Shown: positions 34,894 to 43,554 of the stretch, one piece after another
Position numbering within the stretch: the first letter of the stretch is position 1
Layout: each line of letters starts with the position of its first letter
Program-made: the position numbers and the translations under genes
Virus record (IMG/VR): IMGVR_UViG_2627853630_000004
Location: 11,340-75,339 of that record
DNA: 64,000 bases
Source of the DNA: a virus
Lineage: Duplodnaviria > Caudoviricetes
Direction: 5' to 3' (one strand)
Notes under the pieces: generated by a model
Seen by the model: the letters and a program-made list of their open reading frames with translations, nothing else
What the model was told of the DNA's origin: nothing
Database searches by the model: none

Positions 34894-35307
34894 CTACTTC
34901 TTGCCTTCGTGATAGTCCCTGCCCGCTACGCGTTGGCCGCTACCCGTTACGTTTATCGATGCTGTTGCAGAGCTACCCGCCGTCAAAGCGGCTAAGGCGG
35001 CGGCTTTTATCGCCAGTGGCGCAGAACGATAGATTTTGATCAGTTCTAATTCGTCATTAGAAATGTCACCAAGGTCAGGGGTTCTTTTTCCAGTGAGGAT
35101 ATACAAAGTATCCATGCCGTAATTTTCACTAAGAAAAGCAAGCGTTGCACCATCAGGCGCAGTTTCGCCACGCTCGTATTTTCCCCAAGTCCTTGTTGTC
35201 GTGCCTAATTCTTCTGCAATTGCACTCTGACTTTTACCAATCGTTTCCCGCTCTTCGCGCAAACGCCCACCAATAAGGAATAAAAATTCCTCTTTCGAAG
35301 TTGACAT
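34894..35307 (-). CDS. Immunity repressor (XRE HTH, no peptidase domain)
   Basis: RLREERETIGKSQSAIAEELG...YERGETAPD; divergent from the early operon. Confidence 0.85.
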   Translation of the reverse strand: MSTSKEEFLFLIGGRLREERETIGKSQSAIAEELGTTTRTWGKYERGETAPDGATLAFLSENYGMDTLYILTGKRTPDLGDISNDELELIKIYRSAPLAIKAAALAALTAGSSATASINVTGSGQRVAGRDYHEGKK

Positions 35308-35346
35308 AGGAAGTTTTCTTCACTAGATTGTGTTGAACAGGAACTT
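35301..35346 (+). promoter_or_regulatory. Early lytic promoter with candidate operator repeats
   Basis: TTGACA (35301)-17 bp-TAGATT (35324); AGGAAGTT (35308) and AGGAACTT (35339) direct repeats. Confidence 0.65.
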
Positions 35347-35367
35347 AGTGGATCACAACATATCACT

Positions 35368-35562
35368 ATGACACAAGAAAATCATGATCAGAGATCGCGT
35401 TTACCGCGTGGTATCGCATCCAAGAACCCTACCCCAATGCGCTTATCGGACGATGAGCGCGACAAACTGGCGGCACTAGCAGCACAAGAAAGCCGCTCAC
35501 TTTCAAGCATGGCCCGCCTGGTGTTTCTGCGGGGGCTCGAATCTTTTAACGTTCAAGGATAG
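35368..35562 (+). CDS. Ribbon-helix-helix (CopG/Arc-like) regulator
   Basis: TPMRLSDDERDKLAALAAQESRSLSSMAR pattern. Confidence 0.7.
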   Translation: MTQENHDQRSRLPRGIASKNPTPMRLSDDERDKLAALAAQESRSLSSMARLVFLRGLESFNVQG

Positions 35563-35573
35563 CAGGTGGTGAA

Positions 35574-35786
35574 ATGGCTAAGGCATTAAACATTAATATC
35601 ACCGTCCCTACCCCATATGTTTCATTAAAAACATATTCAGAAATGACGGGGATACCATTCAGAACATGTGAAGGAATGGTTTCTGACGGACGGATTATCA
35701 TTCGCCCCAAGAAAGGAAGAATGGAGAAAGTCGAGGTTAATTTAATCGCCATGCTTCGGGATGCGATAACCAATAGCGAAATTTAA
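35574..35786 (+). CDS. cox: Cox/Apl-like repressor-excisionase
   Basis: PYVSLKTYSEMTGIP...GRIIIRPK...VEVNLIAM. Confidence 0.75.
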   Translation: MAKALNINITVPTPYVSLKTYSEMTGIPFRTCEGMVSDGRIIIRPKKGRMEKVEVNLIAMLRDAITNSEI

Positions 35787-35788
35787 TC

Positions 35789-36019
35789 ATGGAAAAAAAC
35801 AATCTGATATTTTTTGGTATTGATCATGCGTTAATAAAACTCAGTGAACATACCAGCATTTATCGCGGCTTTTCTATTATTCGCTGCCCCAGAACGGCAA
35901 CGAATCCAATGACTCGTTATCGCATAAGTCAAGGCGATCAGTCATTCGGGCTATTTGATGCGTTAGGTCAAGCGACTTCTTATATCAACGAACTGCACAG
36001 CATGAGAGGTTCAGCATGA
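35789..36019 (+). CDS. Hypothetical early protein (DUF4761-like)
   Basis: IYRGFSIIRCPR, FGLFDALGQA..YI. Confidence 0.6.
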   Translation: MEKNNLIFFGIDHALIKLSEHTSIYRGFSIIRCPRTATNPMTRYRISQGDQSFGLFDALGQATSYINELHSMRGSA

Positions 36020-36213
36020 TTAGCACAGCGCGTTTATTAAAAGAAAAATCACCATCCCCGCAGGAAAATAAAGGCTGGCTGGAATTACCAAACGGCCGGC
36101 GTTTCCAGCCTACTCCCGCGCAGGCTTATTTTGCACCGTGGAGCAAAAAGCCCTACATGCCAGCGCCTAAAAAGCGGCACTGGTTCGCCCGCCTGATGGG
36201 TATTGCGGCCTAA
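36016..36213 (+). CDS. Fil-like (186 filamentation) protein
   Basis: ARLLKEKSPS, GWLELPNGRRFQP. Confidence 0.6.
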   Translation: MISTARLLKEKSPSPQENKGWLELPNGRRFQPTPAQAYFAPWSKKPYMPAPKKRHWFARLMGIAA

Positions 36214-36218
36214 TCGTC

Positions 36219-36554
36219 ATGGCTAATACCGAAGCCGCCCGCGCCGTTCCGCTGAGTATAGCGGCCAGAACTGACGGGCTGAACCACATCGCAATGCTGA
36301 GGGGAAAGCACTTCAACACAAACAGTGAAAAAGACATGTGCCGCTTTATTGACGATATGCGTGACAAGATAGACGGCGATTATCATCAAAATATACGCGT
36401 ACTGTCAGCAATATTTGAATTAGCAGATATTGATAAGAAACGGCGTAACCTGAAATTTAATGAACTGACAACTGAAGAAAAAGCAAAGCTGATTAAGGCG
36501 ATGAATAAACTTAAAGCAGTTGTGAGTTTATTCCCCAAACATTTAATTCTTTAA
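36219..36554 (+). CDS. P2-like early protein (DUF5347/B-like)
   Basis: FNELTTEEKAKLIKAMN..KAVVSLFP; synteny. Confidence 0.6.
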   Translation: MANTEAARAVPLSIAARTDGLNHIAMLRGKHFNTNSEKDMCRFIDDMRDKIDGDYHQNIRVLSAIFELADIDKKRRNLKFNELTTEEKAKLIKAMNKLKAVVSLFPKHLIL

Positions 36555-36624
36555 CCGTAATAACTCCCGTTTTTAAAGGCGTAAACCCGCCGGGCTTTCT
36601 ATTACCTGAAAAAAGGAAATCACG

Positions 36625-36858
36625 ATGAGAAATGCAGAAGTTAGAGGGATAAAAGTAGATCTCAATGAAGCACTTATCGAGCTACTAAAAAAAGCACGTC
36701 TGGAAGAAAAAAAAGACCAGCACTTAGCGTTTTCCTTGCGTCTGGCTGGGTTGTCTATCCATGCCCAGAAAAAAGAGCTTTCCACCGCAGAGGTTATCGA
36801 GCTGCTGCGCAAAGAGGCAGAACGCTTCGAACATTCATCGCAGGAGATCATTGCATGA
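36625..36858 (+). CDS. DUF2732 family protein
   Basis: LLKKARLEEKKD, AEVIELLRKEAE. Confidence 0.7.
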   Translation: MRNAEVRGIKVDLNEALIELLKKARLEEKKDQHLAFSLRLAGLSIHAQKKELSTAEVIELLRKEAERFEHSSQEIIA

Positions 36859-37439
36859 ACAACGTCATGATCGATATTGAAGCGCTCGGCAAAAAAGCTA
36901 ACGCCCCGATAGGTTCAATTGGCGCGGTGTTCTTCCATCCAGTAACGGGTGAATTGGGTGAGCGTTTTTATTGCCGCGTAGATTTTGAAAACGACATGCT
37001 TAATGGCGCGATGCCGGACGGTGACACGATCAAGTGGTGGTTGCGTCAGTCATCGGAAGCCCGTGCGGAGTTAATCAGCGATGATGCCTGCCCTATCTGG
37101 GATGCGGTTAGTCAGTTTAGTGATTGGCTGACAGATAACGCTGAGAGCCTGGAATCATTGCATGTTTGGGCAAATAGCCCTTCGTTTGATTGCGCCATCC
37201 TGAAATCATCATTTGAGCGTACTGATACTGATATTCCGTGGAAATATTGGAACGAACGGGACGTCAGGACGATGAAAGAAGTTGGGTTCGCCATCATAAA
37301 TATGAATATGAGCCCATTTCTTGGCACAGCAGAAACCATCGGCGTTAAGCATAACGCACTTGATGATGCGATCAGCCAGGTCGCGTTGGTTTCTGCTGTT
37401 ATGTCTCGGTTGGTTCAGAATCAAGGCGGTGAATTATGA
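36855..37439 (+). CDS. DEDDh 3'-5' exonuclease (ExoVIII-associated domain)
   Basis: MIDIE, TIKWW, VWANSPSFD, RDVRT, HNALDDA. Confidence 0.85.
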   Translation: MNNVMIDIEALGKKANAPIGSIGAVFFHPVTGELGERFYCRVDFENDMLNGAMPDGDTIKWWLRQSSEARAELISDDACPIWDAVSQFSDWLTDNAESLESLHVWANSPSFDCAILKSSFERTDTDIPWKYWNERDVRTMKEVGFAIINMNMSPFLGTAETIGVKHNALDDAISQVALVSAVMSRLVQNQGGEL

Positions 37440-38266
37440 TCCGCCCGTTCATCAAATGGGCGGGGGGTAAAACCCGCGTCATGCCTGATTTGTTGCCTCT
37501 CCTGCCTAAAGGTGATTGCCTCATCGAGCCGTTTGTCGGTGGTGCGTCAGTATTCCTGAATACGGATTATCGCCGTTATGTGCTCGGCGATATCAATCCC
37601 GATCTGATTAATTTATATCAGTACGCCGCTTATGATACAGAACGGTTAATAGCCACTGCGCGTGAGCTATTTAATAGTGGCAATAATGCAGATGCGTATA
37701 ACGGTAATCGGCTGAGCTTTAACTATCAAAAATCAAACCCCAGCATACTTACAGCCGCTCTATTTTTATATCTGAATCGGCATGGCTTTAACGGGCTGTG
37801 TCGTTATAACAATGCTGGGGATTTCAATATTCCGTTCGGCAAATACCGTAAACCATACTTTCCTGAGCATGAAATACGATTGTTTGCTGAAAAAGCCAAT
37901 GACACGGCAACTATCTTTGTTTGTGCTGATTTTAAAGAAGCATTACTGGCTCATACCGAGCCAGGTTTCGTCATTTACTGTGACCCTCCTTACCTGCCTG
38001 CCAGCGAAACAGCAAGTTTCACCCAGTACCACACATCGGTTTTTACCTCCGCACAACACCGAGATCTGGTCAGGTTGCTATGGGATATGCACCGCCAATA
38101 CGCCACTCCTGTAGTCATCTCAAATAGCGACACTCCCGCTACGCGCGAGATTTATCAGCACTATCAATTCCATGAAATCGCGGTTCAGCGTTCTATCAGT
38201 GCAAACGGCATCACGCGCGGTGCCGCAAAAGAAGTGATCGGCGTGCTGAATAAGGTTTGTGAGTAA
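37436..38266 (+). CDS. dam: DNA adenine methyltransferase (Dam/D12 family)
   Basis: KWAGGK, EPFVGG, YLNRHGFNG, YCDPPY. Confidence 0.9.
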   Translation: MIRPFIKWAGGKTRVMPDLLPLLPKGDCLIEPFVGGASVFLNTDYRRYVLGDINPDLINLYQYAAYDTERLIATARELFNSGNNADAYNGNRLSFNYQKSNPSILTAALFLYLNRHGFNGLCRYNNAGDFNIPFGKYRKPYFPEHEIRLFAEKANDTATIFVCADFKEALLAHTEPGFVIYCDPPYLPASETASFTQYHTSVFTSAQHRDLVRLLWDMHRQYATPVVISNSDTPATREIYQHYQFHEIAVQRSISANGITRGAAKEVIGVLNKVCE

Positions 38267-40776
38267 TGTCCGCACAGTGGGCCTATCCGTGGAATGCACC
38301 ACGTCCAGCGATCTCCATGCCACAGGGGATCGCTGATTCATTTCATCCCTCTGCTGCAAATACCACCGAGCCGCATCCAGCCGTCGAGCAGCATCTTAAG
38401 CGGTTGGTATCGCGCGCAGCTTTATCCGATCTGGATTTCGATCAGGCCGTCGCGCGGCTGGACTACTTCGAGCCTAATTCAACGTTACTGACAATGCGCC
38501 GCCAGTTCGCTGAGGCTGAGCGGGATGAGCATCAAGCAGCATTGCAAAACTGGATGGAAACACCGGAAGGTGTTGAAGCCCGCTTGCTCGAGCAGCCGTT
38601 TTTTATCCGCGATACCTACAGAAAAAAAATAGAATGGCTGCGCGCCAACCGAGAGTCGCGACACGTCAGCGCTTTTTTCATGGGAACCGTGAAAAAAGCC
38701 CTGCTGCGTCTTGATGCTGTGCGTGCCAAGCAAGGTGTGCGTGACGGTTTTACGTCAGAGCTTGCCAGCTACTGGCGTGCACGCTGGCAGCATTTGGCAG
38801 AGTTTACGAAACATGAAGCGATTAACGCTGGTCATGCTATTGCGGCCAGCATCACTGAAATGTTTGAAACCGAATGCGGCAGCACCTTGCCCGCTAATAT
38901 GACCAATGACGAGATCCAGTCGCTTTTCTGGCACCTGGGCCGTGAAATGCTGGCGCTACGGGTAACGCCGCCGTGCTGGGGCGTGATCATTGGCGATAAC
39001 GAATCAAAAAAACGTATTTGCTCCGCCATTCTGCGCATCATCAGCCCTGAATGGTGGGGGCGTAAGTTGTGGCGTTTGCGCTGCGAATGGCGAGAAAACC
39101 AGTTCCGCGCCATCGGCGTGATCCACAAAAAGCGTATGCCGTATGTCAGTATCGACGCACTGAACCAGTGGCAGGAGCAGCGCCGCAAAAATCGCGAGTT
39201 CTTTAAGGCGCACGAACTGGTTGATGAAGACGGTAACGTCGCATCGCTGGAAAACATGGTATACGCCAGCATTAGCAATCCGGTTATTCGCCGTCACGAA
39301 CTTATGGCGCGTATGGCAGGCGTTGAAATGGTTGCCATATCACGCAGTGATGAAGGGGTATTTCTTACTATCACCTGTCCGTCTCGTTATCACTCCAATA
39401 TTCAAAGCGGCCACCAAAATCCCAAGTGGGATCACACATCCCCCCGCGATGGTCAGCGCTATTTATGTAAGACGTGGGCTAAAGCCATGTCGAAACTGAA
39501 CCGCCGTGGCCTGCGCCCGTATGGTTTTCGCGTTGCCGAACCGCATCACGATTCAACACCGCACTGGCACGTATTGCTATTCATGCCACCAGATGATCGG
39601 AAGGAAATCACTGAAATTCTGCGTGAATATTTCATTTCTGTAGACCGTGCAGAACTTGGGCGTAATACCGGTGCACGCTTCAAAGCGAAGCGTCTCGATC
39701 CTAAAAAAGGCAGTGCCACTGCCTACGTCGCGAAATACATCAGTAAAAACATTGATGGGTATGCGCTAGATGGAGAGCTGGACGGTGAAACCGGAAAGAC
39801 TCTGCGCGAAACCGCAAAGTTTGCGATGGCCTGGGCGTCTCAGCATAACATTAGGCAATTTCAGCCGTTCGGCCTGCCGCCAGTCACAGTCTGGCGCGAA
39901 CTGCGAAAACTGGCGAACCAACTTACCGCGGTGCAGAAAGAAGCCGGAACCTTCAAGCGTGGCGCTGCGCAGCTTGGTGATCCTGCAATGGATGCCGTAC
40001 TAGCCTCTGCGGACGCAGGCTGTTTCGCTACTTACATCGAAAAGCAAGGCGGCGTGTTAATCCCGCGCGAGCTATACACCGTGCGCATCGCGTATGAGGA
40101 TGCCGACGAGCAAAACGACTACGGCGAAACACCAGAAAAAATATTTGGTGTTTTCTCCCCGCGCTTAGGTGAGATATCGCGCATCTGTACCCGTCTCGTT
40201 AAGTGGAAAATCCGTAAAAAACAGGCAGCAGACGCAGGCGTTAATGATAGCGCCGGACGTGGTTTGGCTGTTACGCCGCCCACCGGCGGCGCTTGGAGTT
40301 CTGTCAATAACTCTACGGGCGATGAAAAAATAAGCGTTTCCGAGCCCGCCGATAGAGAGATTGGCAGTACGTCAGAGCCAGAAATTACCGACTTTGAGCA
40401 CATGACTGACACGGAACGGCGTGGATTGCTCAACCGGCTTCGATCACAGCCGCCGGATCGGCGACATAAAGAACACTCGTCCACAACTCAGACCCACAAA
40501 GAGACTGAAAAACAGACTGTTAGTAAGCGGTCGGACGACTGGTGCGCCAGCGTTGCCGATTTCGCCCGTTCGCTGGGCTGGGATATCAGTGTCGGTGAGG
40601 TGCGGCGGCTGGAAATGGGTAATGCGATCACGCTCGCGGGTTACTCATACGTTGCCAGTGCTGACGGTTGTCTGTATCGCGCGCCGACAAAGAAACGAAA
40701 AGATGTGGAATATCAGGATAGAACGGCGGAACTGCTACACCGAATTGCGGTGTTACGTGAAGTTTCACAGTCATAA
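38266..40776 (+). CDS. A: Rolling-circle replication endonuclease gpA
   Basis: EPHHDSTPHWH HUH motif; YVAKYISKNIDG dual Tyr; WASQHNIRQFQ. Confidence 0.95.
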   Translation: MSAQWAYPWNAPRPAISMPQGIADSFHPSAANTTEPHPAVEQHLKRLVSRAALSDLDFDQAVARLDYFEPNSTLLTMRRQFAEAERDEHQAALQNWMETPEGVEARLLEQPFFIRDTYRKKIEWLRANRESRHVSAFFMGTVKKALLRLDAVRAKQGVRDGFTSELASYWRARWQHLAEFTKHEAINAGHAIAASITEMFETECGSTLPANMTNDEIQSLFWHLGREMLALRVTPPCWGVIIGDNESKKRICSAILRIISPEWWGRKLWRLRCEWRENQFRAIGVIHKKRMPYVSIDALNQWQEQRRKNREFFKAHELVDEDGNVASLENMVYASISNPVIRRHELMARMAGVEMVAISRSDEGVFLTITCPSRYHSNIQSGHQNPKWDHTSPRDGQRYLCKTWAKAMSKLNRRGLRPYGFRVAEPHHDSTPHWHVLLFMPPDDRKEITEILREYFISVDRAELGRNTGARFKAKRLDPKKGSATAYVAKYISKNIDGYALDGELDGETGKTLRETAKFAMAWASQHNIRQFQPFGLPPVTVWRELRKLANQLTAVQKEAGTFKRGAAQLGDPAMDAVLASADAGCFATYIEKQGGVLIPRELYTVRIAYEDADEQNDYGETPEKIFGVFSPRLGEISRICTRLVKWKIRKKQAADAGVNDSAGRGLAVTPPTGGAWSSVNNSTGDEKISVSEPADREIGSTSEPEITDFEHMTDTERRGLLNRLRSQPPDRRHKEHSSTTQTHKETEKQTVSKRSDDWCASVADFARSLGWDISVGEVRRLEMGNAITLAGYSYVASADGCLYRAPTKKRKDVEYQDRTAELLHRIAVLREVSQS
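40289..40316 (+). other. P2-type origin/nick region inside gene A
   Basis: GCGCTTGGAGTTCTGTCAATAACT resembles the P2 ori; preceded by a CGCCGCC/GGCGGCG hairpin. Confidence 0.65.
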
Positions 40777-40869
40777 CCGGCTGTGCTGGCCAGCGCATCG
40801 ATCACAGTCAGAAATGACGTGGCTGCAGCACAGATGAAAGTAGCTATGTGGTACCACAAGGGGAAAGCA

Positions 40870-41562
40870 ATGGGATATCTGGGAAGTAAGGCGGCGTCAG
40901 GCGCGTATCAGAAAATTATCGCTAATATGCCGCCACATGATGTGTACGTTGAAACGCATCTGGGCGGTGGTGCGGTCATGCTGAACAAGCCGCCCGCGCG
41001 GCTGAATGTTGGCGTTGATATTGATCAGATAACTATTGAGGAATTTTGCCAGTTAAATCCTGAGTTTGTGGACACGTTGGATACGCGGCTACGAATCATC
41101 AATGAGGATGCCGCTGATTTCCTGCAAAGCCATGACCTTGAAGCGATGGGCCGCGTGCTGATTTACGCGGATCCGCCGTATTTGCCAGAAACCAGAACCA
41201 GCAACGCAAGTTATCGGCATGAATACACGGTTGATGACCACCGGGAGTTGATCGCTATTCTACGGCAATGCCCGTATTACGTGATGATTTCCGGTTACCC
41301 ATCCGCGATCTATGATGAGCTTTTGGGAGATTGGCGTACGGTGACGTTTCAGGTAATGACACGCGGCGGTGCTAGGACGGAAAAGCTATGGATGAACTAC
41401 CAAGAAGATGCGGCGTATAGTACGGCGTTTGCTGGTAAAGACTACATCGATCGTCAGCGCATCAAGCGAAAAGCGGAAAGGTGGGCGGCTAAGTATCGAG
41501 CGATGACGCCAGCGGAACGGCTTGCAGTAATTGTGGCACTTAATAGAGTTGACAGTGATTGA
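40870..41562 (+). CDS. Second orphan amino-methyltransferase (D12-like)
   Basis: YLGSK, ETHLGGG, YADPPY, MISGY, TEKLW. Confidence 0.8.
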   Translation: MGYLGSKAASGAYQKIIANMPPHDVYVETHLGGGAVMLNKPPARLNVGVDIDQITIEEFCQLNPEFVDTLDTRLRIINEDAADFLQSHDLEAMGRVLIYADPPYLPETRTSNASYRHEYTVDDHRELIAILRQCPYYVMISGYPSAIYDELLGDWRTVTFQVMTRGGARTEKLWMNYQEDAAYSTAFAGKDYIDRQRIKRKAERWAAKYRAMTPAERLAVIVALNRVDSD

Positions 41563-41624
41563 TTGTGTTCCTTGTCATCAAGAGTGCTGGCTTATTCTAA
41601 AAGAAGTAGCCAGCACTCTTATTA

Positions 41625-42005
41625 TTAGACAGTTGAGTTTTTTGATAGCCAATTTTTGAATGTTTGTAGTTCCCACTTTGGACTTTGGCCGATCTTTATG
41701 TCGGGAGCTGGAAAGACTATGGAGTTATCACTACTTGACCTATCTATATCGAGAAGACAATCCGTAACCGTAAGCCCCATACCTCCAGTTACTGGCGTAG
41801 TCCTCATAGAGGTCGGGAGGCCTGCACCATTTTTCATCATTCCTTCGGCTAATTCTTTTAAGCGATTACTGCTCTTACTGCCGTTGCGTACCCAGCGCTC
41901 CAGTGTTGAGCGAGAAATATCTAATCGTTTACAAATTTCGTCTATGCCGAGAAGTGTTGCCTCGCCATCGGCGATTCGGTCAATTAAGCTTTTCATAAAG
42001 GTCAT
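41625..42005 (-). CDS. AlpA/MerR-like HTH protein with internal insertion (moron)
   Basis: LLGIDEICKRLDISRSTLERWV ... FPAPDIKIGQSPKW. Confidence 0.65.
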   Translation of the reverse strand: MTFMKSLIDRIADGEATLLGIDEICKRLDISRSTLERWVRNGSKSSNRLKELAEGMMKNGAGLPTSMRTTPVTGGMGLTVTDCLLDIDRSSSDNSIVFPAPDIKIGQSPKWELQTFKNWLSKNSTV

Positions 42006-42236
42006 ACCTCACAAAAAAACAGGTTATAATGGTGCAAGTTGAAGTAACTTGCGTGATGCATAATAACGCAAGTTGAAGCAATGTAAAGCATCCGATTTAT
42101 TTTTTCATGTTCTACTGCGCAACCCCGCACACTAATGCACAATTTTTTTGATGCTATTATCCCCTCCCCACGCCAGATCTGGCGCGGGTTTACCCCTGCT
42201 GCACAACTGCATAAAAACGCACTATTTTCGTGTGCG

Positions 42237-42255
42237 GGCGTGGCGGGGGAACCCT
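42237..42255 (+). other. cos site (19-nt cohesive end)
   Basis: GGCGTGGCGGGGGAACCCT then CGCGCGCT, similar to P2/186 cos; lies between A and portal. Confidence 0.75.
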
Positions 42256-42484
42256 CGCGCGCTGAGGGGGATAAGAGGGGTATGCTGGTTCATATGCTGC
42301 TGCATCCTCATCACGTCGCTATTGCGCTGTTTCGATCTCAGTCAATCACTGCATCATTCGGCTAATATGTTGCTCAGAATCGCATTCAGGCGCTTTTACG
42401 CAGACGTAAAAAAACCGGGCAATCTTACGGCTGTCCGGTCTGCTGTTTGATGGCTAGTTGAGCGGTTTTGAATGACTCTCGCGG

Positions 42485-43552
42485 TTACATTGCACTGTCG
42501 GCCAGAGCATACGGCTTGAACCGCAGTACCTCGATCCCCAGCCAGTCGTTAAGCTCTTTCAGGCTTTCCATTATCGGCATGAGTTCGTTGATGGCGAACA
42601 CCTTCGCGGCTTTCTCCACGTCACCAAATCCCCCTGCATTGTTCGGCATAATCCCCATTAAATTGGGCGGTACACGGTGCGCGGCTAACATATCGTCACG
42701 GGTTGCATCCTTGATGCCTGTAAACTCATCTTTGGCCGCAATCTGGCTGAACGGCAATATTTGCAGGCCGTCTTTCTTCCCGCCTGCCGCGTAAACAAAC
42801 AGGTTCTTAAATGCCCCGCCGCCGCGTGCATCTTTCAGTGACTTCTTCAGTTGTTCGACGTCAGCATTGTTGGTGATGGGATCGGTGAGGTAGACGATCA
42901 CCCCTGCATGGCTACCGTTGATGTAGTAATTACGCCGGAACAATGTGGCTTCGCCGTTCAGCATCGCTGATTGGATCACCGCCATATATTCCGGTGTGCC
43001 GTATATCTCTTGGTGAATGCTGGGGCTTTTAACGTGGAACACACTGCCTGGCTCGAATTCGTGATCGTTGGCGTAGTACGTCACAAACCAGTACTGATCC
43101 AGATTCTCCCCGCGTCGGGTGTACTTGGCGTGGGTGTGCTTTAGTTTCAGCGGCTGGCCGATGCGGTTCTTCCTCAGTTCCAGATACGCATTACCGAATA
43201 CCAACCAGTCGAGTACAAAGGCGCTGGCATCCTGCCGCGATAACAGCGGGTGCGGCTCGTAGCAGGACATGATGACATTGCGCTTGAACAGTATCGGTGA
43301 CTGATGATGCACGGCAACGTCAAACATCCGCGCCAGACCGTAGGTGCTGATCGGTGGTTCATACCAACGGCCATTTCTGGCGCACTCCATGCAATCCAAC
43401 AGGTCGCGTCTGTCCATGATGGGTTGTGCGTCGCCAAACGAGAAAGACTGTAGCGACTCAATCGGCTGTTGGATCAATTCCCCTGTTACGGGTGCCTGTG
43501 CGGCTGGGGCGCGTAGATTGGCCGTGCGCGGGTGCTGTTTCTTACGTGACAT
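42485..43552 (-). CDS. Q: Portal protein gpQ
   Basis: FSFGD, WYEPP, QEIYGTPEY, AHRVPP, GGFGDVEKAA. Confidence 0.95.
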   Translation of the reverse strand: MSRKKQHPRTANLRAPAAQAPVTGELIQQPIESLQSFSFGDAQPIMDRRDLLDCMECARNGRWYEPPISTYGLARMFDVAVHHQSPILFKRNVIMSCYEPHPLLSRQDASAFVLDWLVFGNAYLELRKNRIGQPLKLKHTHAKYTRRGENLDQYWFVTYYANDHEFEPGSVFHVKSPSIHQEIYGTPEYMAVIQSAMLNGEATLFRRNYYINGSHAGVIVYLTDPITNNADVEQLKKSLKDARGGGAFKNLFVYAAGGKKDGLQILPFSQIAAKDEFTGIKDATRDDMLAAHRVPPNLMGIMPNNAGGFGDVEKAAKVFAINELMPIMESLKELNDWLGIEVLRFKPYALADSAM

Positions 43553-43554
43553 GG

